64,000 bases of DNA, taken from assembly GCA_965240325.2 (NCBI GenBank), contig OZ251232.1, forward strand, positions 1,116,001 to 1,180,000, written 5' to 3'. The position numbers and the translations under genes were made by a program. Of this stretch, positions 10,593 through 20,600 are shown piece after piece. The notes under the pieces are model-generated. The model was given only the letters and a program-made list of their open reading frames with translations. It did not search any database and was not told where the DNA came from. Origin of the DNA: Rebecca billardiae RCC1528. Lineage: Eukaryota; Protista; Haptophyta. Within the stretch, counting starts at the first letter, position 1, and each line of letters begins with the position of its first letter.

Positions 10593-13500
10593 TCAATTCG
10601 AAACTGGTGTAACCATGATGTCTCGAAATTTGCTGAACTTGTCCTTGGGTAGCGCCTTGGTCAGACAATCGGCGATGTTTTCCGATGTGTGCACCTTGGT
10701 GATGTTGACTGCACCGAGGTCGACACAATCTCGAATAAAATGGTGTCGTACGTCGATGTGCTTGGTGCGCTTATGATGAATGCTGTTCTTTGAGAGATCA
10801 ATCGCCCCCTTGTTGTCCTCGTGGATCACAATGGGAGTCTTTGGAATGTTGAGGATATCGCTGATGACGTCGCGTAGGTAAACTGCCTCTTTGGCCCCTT
10901 CCGCGAGTGCGACATATTCGGCCTCACATGATGAGAGGGTTGTGATTGACTGCTTGAAGGTGCGCCACGATACTGGGCCGCCAGCATGGAAGTAGATATA
11001 GCTTCCGGTCGAGCGGCGATCTTTTGTATCGTTGGCCCAGTCCGAGTCCACAAACATCTCCGTCCGTGGCTGAGTAGCAGTAGCCGTTGATGTGAAAGTG
11101 ATGCCGGAATTCTTTGTCCCGGCCAAGTACCTGAGCACTCGCTTGGCACCTTTAAGGTCGTTCGAGCTTGGGCTTGCCATGTGCCTTGCCAACATATTGA
11201 CTGCATAGCTGATGTCGGGTCGGCAGGTGTTCATGATGAATAGTAGCGCTCCGACAATTGCTCGGTAGGTCTTTGATTCCTCCGGCGAGCACGATGATGA
11301 ATCGTCTGTCTCGACTGCTGTCGGATGCTCTGCTGCCGATCTGCACGGGTTGTCGACGGGCGTAATGTCGCTCATGTCGTGCTTCTTGAGGAGATCGGTG
11401 ATGTACTGTGACATGGAGATAGTCGTCGACTTGGGCCCCTGGGCGATACTCATGCCTAGGAAAGTCGTTGCTGGTCCCAGATCCCGGAGGGTGAATTCTT
11501 TTCGAATTTCTCCGATAATCGAGCTGGGTCTTGCGCTGTCGGGGGAGCTGCTCAGAATAAGCAGGTCGTCCACGTACACTGCGATGACGTCGATGATGTC
11601 TCCTGAGGTGCGGACGAAGATGCACTCCGACTGTGTGAGTTTCTTGAATCCTTTCTCTCGCAGTTTCTGGCTGAGGCGGATGTGCCATCGTCTGCCGCTC
11701 TGCTTAAATCCTGGAAGGGCCATATCCCAGTCAGCCGCGACCACGTGTCCCTCGGGTGGCTTGAGGGCACACGGGTACAGCGGGGGTAGCGTAGTGTAGA
11801 TCTTCAGGCCGTCCTCCAATGGGGCTTGGAGGTACGCCGTACTCACGTCTGCGGAGTGGATGATCCAAGGTCTTTCTGGTGTTCGTAGCTCCGTCGTCAG
11901 TGCCAATAGGAGGCGTACGTTCTCGTACCGGATAGTAGGCGAGAACACCTCGTCGTAATTGACTCCTTGAATCTGGCGGAAGCCTTGACCCACCAATCTT
12001 GCCTTGTACCTTTCGATGGTACCATCTGGATTGGCTTTGACCTTGAAGACCAGCTTCGATGGGATAATTGCTTTCCCTTTGGGAACAATTACGGGCGTGA
12101 ATGTGCCCAGCCTGTCGTGGGCCTCGTATTCTTCCATGATAGCCCTTGTCCAATCGGATGCTTGCTTGCTCTCCATCGCTTCCTTGAACGATGTAGGTAC
12201 CGGGATATCTGATGCGAGCTGCGCGAGCTGCGCGCGCGCGCGCGCGCGCCGCGTCGGCGGGAAGTATGACTTGCCAGTCATGTTGCGAGTCCGCTGTGGG
12301 CGGCGATCGGCGGAGGGAGGAGGCTGCTTTGGCTGCGGTGGCGTATTGCTCTGCGATGGTCCGCCTCCAGCTCCGGGGCCGTCTCCATCACCGTCGTCGC
12401 CGTCGCCATCATCTCCCTTCTCGTCGTCGTCGGGGTTGTCCCTGTCGTCCTTGTCATCGTCGTCTGATTCCTCGTCCGGCGATGGCGGATCGTCTCCTCC
12501 GCGCTCGGAGTCGCTGTCGGCGTCACTGCTGCTGCTGGAAAACTCTTCGTCGCCCTCCTCCTTGGTGTTGCTGTCACGGGTCTTACCAGCATCTGCACCT
12601 TGAGGAGGTCGCCGAGCGTTCCACGCCAGCAGGGGGTCCCGAATTTCGCGGATCTCCTTGAAATGCGTAGAGATTCGATCCAAAATGACTTGCTCGTTGA
12701 ACTTGACGTGCCGAGTGATGACGATTTTCCCGTCGTCGGCACTCAAAACGATGTATCCGTGCGATCGCTTGATGGTGCCTCGCTCGAAGATACCGTCAAA
12801 TCCGTATCCCAGTAAGATGCCCTCCCGCGCGCGCGGGAGTAGCTTGTTCTGCTTGTTGATCGACTGTACGAGGTAGATGCAGGGCGAGCCCCAGACTCTC
12901 AGCTTTTGCAGGAAGGGCCCGGGCGAGGTGCCAAACATCAACTCGTGCGGTGAAACCAGCTTGCCATCGCTGGTAGGATGCTTGCTCATCAGGTTGCGTT
13001 GCGCGGCAGCGCACTTGGCTGCCCAATACCACCATTTGTGGTGTACGCCTGAGAGGTACAGCATTGTCCTCGCGTCATTCATGATGACTCCGAGGCCACG
13101 TTCGGCGACGCCGTTCAGCTGCTGCGTGTGGGGGGGCGACATGTAGTTGCATAGCATGTCGTACCTGCGAAGGACTCGGTTCCAATTCTTTGAGTGTAAC
13201 TCTCGGCCTCCGTCGAGGTGAATGGTGCATCCGGCGATGCCCTTGTTCTGCATGGTGGCGGATAGAGAGTTGGCTCCCATCTCGCTGGCCATGAGGTCGA
13301 GCTTCTCCGGCGCTTCAGCCTTGTTTTGCATGTCGTAGAAGCGCATGTATCCGGAAAAATCATCGATGAATAGAGTTCCCCACCTTGGAGTCTTTGCGGG
13401 CAGCCCGTTGATGGGCCCGATGACATCGTTGTGGAGCATCTCGAGCGGTCGAGTTGTTCTCTCACGTGTGCCCGGGAACGGCTTGGCCTTGAACTTGGCA

Positions 13501-16500
13501 ACGTCGGAGGGCTGGTACGTGCAGGGCGATGCCTCCGACATCTTGTCGTTCGCGCGGTAGGTTGCGCGTACACGCTTGATATCGGCATATCCTAGTCTGG
13601 ATTGCCAGAGCGTGATCTTCCGCCCGTTCTTGATCGGGTCGACGTCTGGTGGCACGTCGTCCGCGGTGGCCGGCATGGCTGTCTCGGCCTTGGGTACGAC
13701 TGCCTTGAATCCGACCGTGTTGTCGGGGCGCAAATGAACCCTCTTGGGGCCGATGCGGATGTATGGTCGTTCGTCGAACACCACAGCCATTCCGACCGCG
13801 GCGAACGCGTTGACTGAAAAGAGAGTAGTATCGAGATCTTCGACTCCGACAACGTTTTCCAGGCACACCGGCACGGTTGTGTCTGAGTCGGCGTCGAGTA
13901 AGTATACGTACATGTCGCCTGCCTTGGATGCGTGTAGCTCAATGTCGCGCTTGGCAACCTTGACAGACATGCTGATCGGGTGAGCATTGTGTAGCAGGCC
14001 GAGGTTGATATCGACAAATGATTGGGACGCGCCCGAGTCCAGATACGCGTATTGCGTCGGCTCGAGATCTGCGTCATCGGGTTCCGGGTCGATGTCCTCG
14101 TCTTGCACCATCTGGGCCCGCGGCCTCCCCGCCCGCTTTTGGGGCGGAGGTACTTTGATGAACTTGCCGTCGCGCCCGCCGGGCTTGGCGGGCGGCTTGA
14201 AGTTGCCCTGCCTTGGTGCACCGGGCGGCCTGGGTGGCCGCAAGTCTGGATGTAGCTTCCAGCACCGCTCTGCGGTGTGGTTGCGTAGCCCACAGTGCGA
14301 GCACGTGACGGCTGGTTGTCGGCGGTCCGCCTCCTCAGTATTGAGAGCGTGCGCGGGACCACCCCGCTTGGGGTCACGTTGCGTTGCCTGTCGTCCCTTG
14401 GGCGACTGAGTCCAACGCCTGTATGCGTCCTCGATCTGGGCGGTGAGCTGTTCGGTCTGGGCCACGCACTGCTGGGGCGACATTGAACCGTAAATAGAGA
14501 TGACGGTCGAGTAGACCTCTGGGTGCTCGTGCATCCCGTTGTACAACTTGAAAACGAGGAGTGTGGCGTCGTCTAGCTCTCGATAGCGTGATGCGCGTAC
14601 CATCTCCACCGTTTGCTTGATCATCTCGGGGCCGCTCACCGGGGTCGGTCGGTCCGGGTAGAGCTTCTTGAACTCAGCTCGGAGCTCCGACATGGTCGAT
14701 ACGTTCAGCTCGTGCTCGAAGATCTCGAGCAGAGTGTGTAAATTCAGGAAATTCTCATTCGGATTCACGATGTGCCGTTTCGACTCGAGGTACGAAAAGA
14801 GACTCGGCAGCATCATGTCCTTGATACGCTTGAAAAGTACTTCCACCGATCGCTCGTAGACGATCGTCATCTGCATGATGGTGGTGTCCGCGTCCATGTT
14901 TGCGAATGCGGTTGCGTACGGTTCCCGAATAGCATTTTCGGCTGTCCACACGGCGGCCTCGGCCAGCGCGTATCCGGAGAGCCTGGCCTCGACGGGGGTG
15001 ACCATGGACGACGTAGTGTCGGTCGCTCTTCCCTTGAAGGAAGCCTTGACCTCGGTGACTGCGTCCTTGATCGCTCCGTGGATAGCCATTTTCGATTTGA
15101 TTGTGAAGAAATTCAGCTTGTAGCTTCCGACGCCAGGCTGGCTTGTCTGCACAGCCATCATTGCATGTGCGTCGCGCAAGTAGGTGATGCAAGCTTCGCC
15201 TCCATTTCTGCGCGTTCGTGGTGACGCGTCGAGCGAGCTTGTCTCAATGTGGTCCTCTGCTGTGGCATAGCTGCCCATGTCCGACGATGTAGAAGACTCG
15301 TCCCCATCGCTGCTCTGCTGTGCGCTGTTGTCGTCACCAGTCGTGGCAGGTGGGTAGGTTGTGACACCACCAGGTGGGCCGTCGTCAGCCGGCGAGTGTC
15401 CCTCGCTCGCTTCAGAAGTCAGCCCATAGAACTCTTTGTGCAGGAAGCATGCGACACCTGGCTGTAGGAGTGCGTCATTACAATGGAACATGAGATCGAA
15501 CTTGCTTTGGTGAAGCTCGTCCCTCTCCCGCACATAGTCTCCAACTGTGTAGTTGTGACCTTGCCGCTCTGCGGCTGCTGCGATGAAGCCTCCCGAGTAG
15601 ATAGTGCATCGTTTGGATGGCCGCCAAGGGCAAATATCATCGAGGCTGGCGCCTGCGTCGTTCACGACGCTCAGGCTGCGGCGATCAGCCGCTGCGACGG
15701 GTCCGTCCTGCCGGTGGAAGTGAATGCCATCATCATCAATGTCAATCCCGTCGTTCATCGCTGCAAACTGGATAATCTGCTCACATTCGAGCTGATGCTG
15801 AACTTGGATGGCGTCTGCGCATCGGTAGCTGCAGACTCTGCCCATCCCACAGATGATGCATTCGAGGGTGCAATGCATCGATGTGCACGACTGATTGTCG
15901 CATGGCTGGCGCGACTTCGGATCATCGTCGTCAATCTCACTCCACTGGCTGCAGTAGATGCCGTTGCCCATGTTCTTGCGCGTCGGGATCTCCGGGATGA
16001 TGCAATCGAAGGTCTCGCCTACACCATACCAACTGCTGACAGACAGGAGGGGGTAAGTGCACAGGTATGAGGACATGCGATGCTTGTCGCGCGCAGCGTG
16101 TTCCCATGCTGTCTTGTTGCAGCACAGGAAGGATTGGGGCCGATCAGTCGGATCGCTGCACATACCTCCAATGGTGAGGATGTCGTCTCCCATGTCCATC
16201 GGATCCTGGTAGACGAGTCCGTTGATGTCCATGGCCGCATCGGTGAGCACGCTGAGGACATCATTGAGGCTCAGCGCGTCCAGCGGCGGGGTCGAGCCGC
16301 GCGCGAGATCGTCGAGCTGCGGCGCGAACTCCTCGAACGGCTCCGACCGCTGTTCGCCAGTGATCTGGCCCGGGTCGAAGGGGTAGTGGCTGTGCGGCTC
16401 CTTGAAGTTGGTCACGACGCTGATGGTCGGGATGTCGCCCGCCATCGCGCCCGCCTCCGGCGCTGCGACGCTGCTGCCTCCATGCTGGTCGTGTCCAGTC

Positions 16501-17249
16501 GCAGTCGGCGACGCCGAGTCCGGGGATTCCGTCTGTGTCGTAGCGTCGCGATGCAGCGACTGCGACGACGGCGAGTCGTCCTTCTGCGAGGACGGGGGCA
16601 CTCGCCATTGCTCAGGGAGCACGACGGGCTGCTTGTAGTCCCAGCCCAGCGTGCCGGAGGGCCGCGGGCCGTTTGGGTACTTGTCGTGCGCCGACGATCG
16701 CTCCTGCGCGCTGGGGATCGTCATGGGTTCAGTTGCGCGCGCGCCGGTGCGCGGCGCGGCGCGCTCGGCCTCGCTGTGATGCGAGGGATGGTATCGGTGG
16801 CCCCGCGAGTGGGGCGGGTGCCAGTGCGCATGCGCGGAGTTGGATGGCCTTGTGCTCTCCGCGAACCGCGTCCCGTCGTAGGGTACGAGGTTGTCGTCGC
16901 TCCGCCGGTGGTGCTTGTACTCGGTCGGTGCGTGATGCCGGCCGCCGCCGTTGCCTTGGCGACTGGGGCCTTGCTCACCACGCGGGTAGTGTCCGTCGTG
17001 GCGGTCGCGGTTCTCGATGGAGCTGCGACGGTCCTCGTCGAAGGTACGCGGGCTCCCGCCCTGGTCGTACCGTCGCGAGGATGGGAACTCGATGTCTCCC
17101 TTGCGGCCGGTGTCGTTCCGTGCCGATCCGGCGTTGTCGCCGAAGTCAATGTCGAGGAGCATGGGGCTCCGCTTGTGGCGGAGCCGATCGATGCGGCTCC
17201 GCTTGTTGTAGTGCTCGTAAGTTCCGACGTCGTGCACCCGTGAGCTCAT
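10593..17249 (-). CDS. Copia Gag-Pol polyprotein (2218 aa) with a long N-terminal extension containing a MYND-like finger
   Basis: CCHC knuckle CSHCGLRNHTAERC; protease YLDSGAS; integrase LHNDVIGP, FIDDFSG, QLNGVAER; RT YKARLV, YVDDLLI; RNase H FVDSDWA, SSCEAEY, KHIDVRHH, ADCLTK. PR-IN-RT-RH order. Confidence 0.95.
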   Translation of the reverse strand: MSSRVHDVGTYEHYNKRSRIDRLRHKRSPMLLDIDFGDNAGSARNDTGRKGDIEFPSSRRYDQGGSPRTFDEDRRSSIENRDRHDGHYPRGEQGPSRQGNGGGRHHAPTEYKHHRRSDDNLVPYDGTRFAESTRPSNSAHAHWHPPHSRGHRYHPSHHSEAERAAPRTGARATEPMTIPSAQERSSAHDKYPNGPRPSGTLGWDYKQPVVLPEQWRVPPSSQKDDSPSSQSLHRDATTQTESPDSASPTATGHDQHGGSSVAAPEAGAMAGDIPTISVVTNFKEPHSHYPFDPGQITGEQRSEPFEEFAPQLDDLARGSTPPLDALSLNDVLSVLTDAAMDINGLVYQDPMDMGDDILTIGGMCSDPTDRPQSFLCCNKTAWEHAARDKHRMSSYLCTYPLLSVSSWYGVGETFDCIIPEIPTRKNMGNGIYCSQWSEIDDDDPKSRQPCDNQSCTSMHCTLECIICGMGRVCSYRCADAIQVQHQLECEQIIQFAAMNDGIDIDDDGIHFHRQDGPVAAADRRSLSVVNDAGASLDDICPWRPSKRCTIYSGGFIAAAAERQGHNYTVGDYVRERDELHQSKFDLMFHCNDALLQPGVACFLHKEFYGLTSEASEGHSPADDGPPGGVTTYPPATTGDDNSAQQSSDGDESSTSSDMGSYATAEDHIETSSLDASPRTRRNGGEACITYLRDAHAMMAVQTSQPGVGSYKLNFFTIKSKMAIHGAIKDAVTEVKASFKGRATDTTSSMVTPVEARLSGYALAEAAVWTAENAIREPYATAFANMDADTTIMQMTIVYERSVEVLFKRIKDMMLPSLFSYLESKRHIVNPNENFLNLHTLLEIFEHELNVSTMSELRAEFKKLYPDRPTPVSGPEMIKQTVEMVRASRYRELDDATLLVFKLYNGMHEHPEVYSTVISIYGSMSPQQCVAQTEQLTAQIEDAYRRWTQSPKGRQATQRDPKRGGPAHALNTEEADRRQPAVTCSHCGLRNHTAERCWKLHPDLRPPRPPGAPRQGNFKPPAKPGGRDGKFIKVPPPQKRAGRPRAQMVQDEDIDPEPDDADLEPTQYAYLDSGASQSFVDINLGLLHNAHPISMSVKVAKRDIELHASKAGDMYVYLLDADSDTTVPVCLENVVGVEDLDTTLFSVNAFAAVGMAVVFDERPYIRIGPKRVHLRPDNTVGFKAVVPKAETAMPATADDVPPDVDPIKNGRKITLWQSRLGYADIKRVRATYRANDKMSEASPCTYQPSDVAKFKAKPFPGTRERTTRPLEMLHNDVIGPINGLPAKTPRWGTLFIDDFSGYMRFYDMQNKAEAPEKLDLMASEMGANSLSATMQNKGIAGCTIHLDGGRELHSKNWNRVLRRYDMLCNYMSPPHTQQLNGVAERGLGVIMNDARTMLYLSGVHHKWWYWAAKCAAAQRNLMSKHPTSDGKLVSPHELMFGTSPGPFLQKLRVWGSPCIYLVQSINKQNKLLPRAREGILLGYGFDGIFERGTIKRSHGYIVLSADDGKIVITRHVKFNEQVILDRISTHFKEIREIRDPLLAWNARRPPQGADAGKTRDSNTKEEGDEEFSSSSSDADSDSERGGDDPPSPDEESDDDDKDDRDNPDDDEKGDDGDGDDGDGDGPGAGGGPSQSNTPPQPKQPPPSADRRPQRTRNMTGKSYFPPTRRARARAQLAQLASDIPVPTSFKEAMESKQASDWTRAIMEEYEAHDRLGTFTPVIVPKGKAIIPSKLVFKVKANPDGTIERYKARLVGQGFRQIQGVNYDEVFSPTIRYENVRLLLALTTELRTPERPWIIHSADVSTAYLQAPLEDGLKIYTTLPPLYPCALKPPEGHVVAADWDMALPGFKQSGRRWHIRLSQKLREKGFKKLTQSECIFVRTSGDIIDVIAVYVDDLLILSSSPDSARPSSIIGEIRKEFTLRDLGPATTFLGMSIAQGPKSTTISMSQYITDLLKKHDMSDITPVDNPCRSAAEHPTAVETDDSSSCSPEESKTYRAIVGALLFIMNTCRPDISYAVNMLARHMASPSSNDLKGAKRVLRYLAGTKNSGITFTSTATATQPRTEMFVDSDWANDTKDRRSTGSYIYFHAGGPVSWRTFKQSITTLSSCEAEYVALAEGAKEAVYLRDVISDILNIPKTPIVIHEDNKGAIDLSKNSIHHKRTKHIDVRHHFIRDCVDLGAVNITKVHTSENIADCLTKALPKDKFSKFRDIMVTPVSN

Positions 17250-17641
17250 GATTGGCGCTTCGCGCGTGTCGTGCGGTCCTTACTGTGTTTCGTGGGGCGA
17301 AGGGGCGTCCCCCTTGCTGGCGGTGGTTTCAGGTAACTGATGTTTCAGTCTGGTGAAAGCTGATGGAAGTGGCATCGAAGATTTTGGAATCTTCGTGTGC
17401 CTGCTTCCCTCGGTCGGAATGCTCTCGGAATTCCGTTGATTGCCTTCGGGTCATTGCACGAAAGCTTCCTGTGATGATCGGGACGTCTCCTCGAAATGAA
17501 AAGAAAGTTCTGATGACTGCATGGTAGTCTCTGGTCCAGTTCAGGGTACCTTCCCAAGTGGTGAAGAATCCCCGGACCCTTGGATGTGTAGTCCGAAGAC
17601 CTCATGTGTGTGCCGATACTCCTTATCCTTGGAGTAGTAAA
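17249..17641 (-). repeat. Copia 5' LTR, Gag-proximal piece
   Basis: Matches 10031-10423 and breaks at GTAGTAAA. Confidence 0.95.
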
Positions 17642-20600
17642 AACTCAGCCCTGGCGGGCGGGGGGGTCGGCGGGCCGTGCCAGTGCTGTCGCAATATTTC
17701 CCCAGCGGGTTCGCGTCTTTTAGCGGATTGACGGGCAGGATGACGAATAATAACAATGCGACATACAGATGATGGTGAGCTACCCGACGGCACTGACGAA
17801 TAATATATAACGCGACAGATGACTCTGGTGTGAGCTCACCGACAGTATGATTGCGCGTGTATTCGTGTACCCACTGCGGTACTCGTCATCGTGCTGAGCC
17901 GTCGACTGCGTGCACGCACTGCCAACTGATGATTGGCGTGCGACGGGCAGGCGCTTTCCATGCGCCGTTTAGTTTCCGGACAGACGAATAAAGTATGAAC
18001 TGCTGGATACGGGGTACCGGTTAGATCGCCGCCGCCAGAGTTGTGAGAATCGCAACGACGTCCCTATCATTCTATGGAGTGCACACACAATTAAAGGGGG
18101 CGCAGCTGGGTGTCACGAATTGAAATTGTTTAAAGCTGTGATCACCACAAAACGACGCTACTCGTGCCCGTCGGCGCGCGCCGCGCGCCAGATTGCGCAC
18201 GAGGCGCAGCCGTCGAGCGCACACGCGAGCCGATCGTCGTCGTCGTCGTCGGCGGCGGCAGCGCACGCGGCGTCGCGCACGCCGTCGTCGCAGGCCGCGT
18301 CGAGTCGCGCGAGCAGCGCCACCCAGCCCTCATCGCTCATGTGCGGCGCCATGCGCGCGCGCGTCGCGGCGTCGAGCTCGGCGACGCGCTGGCGCTCGAT
18401 CTCGGCGTCCGCGCGCCACGCGGCGTTGTTGATCGCCATGAAGTTCTCGAGCGTGAGCGAGGCGGCGAGCGCAAAGTCGCGCGCGCGGCGCGGGCGCGTG
18501 AAGGCGACGTACGTCGACCTGGGCCAAAGCGCCTCGGTGTTCAGGCCGCTGCTGAAGTCAAGGTGCACGACAATGCGCTTGATCATCTCCTTCTCGCCCA
18601 CGGTGATGCCCTGCACCTTGAAGAACGTCACGTGCATGCCGGGCTCGAGCGGCACCATCGTGCGCGAGCAGCAGTGGGCGTCGCAGTCCTTGGCGACGGG
18701 CGCGTACGCCACCCACGTCGGCGGCCAGCCCGCGGCAATCGGCTCGCCCTTGTACGTCGGGTGGTGCACGACGACCGCCGCCGGCTGGTGCTCGGGCGCG
18801 CCCTCGCCCGGCGCGTACATGGCGGCGACGCACGTCCCGCGCGTGGCGTTGGCGATGCCGCACGGCGCGCACAGCTCGGGGTAGCCGCCGCCGTTCGCGC
18901 AGCACACGAGCACGGACGAGGGCGCGAGGTGCGTGTACATCGGCAGCTGCCCGACTTGCTTGTTCGGGTCGCGCGAGGCGCGGCATCGGCCGACGCTCGT
19001 CGTGGCGCGCACTGTGGCGGCGGGCTCGTCGCGCGCGGCGGCCAGCGCGTCGACGCAGCGCACGTTGCCGTCGTTCACGTCGGCGCGCCGCCCCCACACG
19101 TGCATCACCTCGTCGACGCGCTCGAACAGCTCGCGCTCCTCCTCCGACATGTTGCCGAGCACGCGCGTCTGCGCCCAGTCAAAGTCTTGCCGGTCGAGCA
19201 GCCCGTGCTTCATGTGGCGTTGGAGCCGCTGCAGCGCGCGATCGTCGTCGTCGACGAGCTGCAGCCGCTTCTGCTCGGTGAGCACGATGGCGTCCACGAA
19301 CTCCTGGCGGTAGCGCACGCCGCCCAGCCGCTGCAGCCCCTGCAGCCGGGCGAGCGGCCAGTCGAGGTTGTTCTTGCCGACGGGGTCGAGCTGCGACGGG
19401 TCGCCGGCTACCGTCTGATCGAAGGGCAGCATGCGCGTGAGGCGCGCGCCGGGCGCCGCCGCCGGCACGGGCATGCCGAGCGCCTGCGCAAAGTCCATCA
19501 CGACGCTCTCGAACTGGCGCGCCGTGAGCATCGACGACTCGTCGATTTGCACCAGCTCGAGCGCCGAGCGCAGATCGCCACTCGCCTGGTCGACGCACGC
19601 GAGCGCGCGCAGCGCGTTGACGCGCTCGAGGCTCAAGCTGCCTGCGTCGTCAGCGCCGTTCTTCCGGTCGAGGCGCTCCGGGCACGTGCTTGCGACCGTG
19701 CGCGCGCGCGGCGACATCGAAACCGCGGCGGCGCCCGTGGGCGCGAGTCCCCCGGCGCAGCGCTCGCCGGCGGGGCGCGCGCCGAAGAGGCGGTGCGCGC
19801 AGCGCTCTTGTCCGCGCAGAACGACGCTCTTACCCGTGCCCGCCTCGCCGTGCAGCAGCAGGCGCGAATACTGGTAGTCCGGCGCGGCGCCGCTCGTCGT
19901 CGGACTCGTCGCCCGTCGGAGCATGGAGAGCAATGTCACGGCGATGGCCGCGCGCTGGCTCGGCGACGCTCGCAGCAGCGGCACGTCCAAAGGCGCGAGC
20001 TCGAAGGACCGAACTGTCGCGTCCGTGCGCACGGCGGCGTTCGCCGTCGCGCCCGGCGTCGTCTGGCCGGCGGCGTTGGCGAGTGCGCTGTGCGCGCGCG
20101 AGGCGAGCTGGCGCGGCAGATGGTCGGCCAGCGCGCGCTCGACATCGGCGCCCAGCGCGGCGAGCGCCGTCGGAGCGTCGCAGTCGTAAGCGGCGAGACC
20201 GCGCGCGAGCGCTTCGCGGCCCGCCGCGTGCCAGTTGAAGCCCGGCGGCGCGGGTCGCACGGTGTACGTGCCCACGCCGTCGTCGGCGCCGCCGGCGAGC
20301 GCCGGCGCGACGCGCGCCGCCGATGCGAGCGCCTCGAGATCGTTGGCGGTGCGCGCGCGATCGGCGCCGTCGTCGCGCTCGCTGTCGGAGGCGTCCGTCT
20401 CGCCGTCCGCGTCGCGCGCGTCGGCAGCTGGCGCGCGCTCCTCCTGTTCGCGTTGCCGCCGCTCCGTGGCGCGCTGCCTCGCGCAAGCGGCGGCCTGCGC
20501 GGCGCGCCGGCGCCCGCGGAAGGTGCTCGCAGTGTGCGCGTGCTTGATGAGCTCCACGACGCCCGGCGGGAACTCGCCCGACGCCCAGCGCTCGCCCCGC

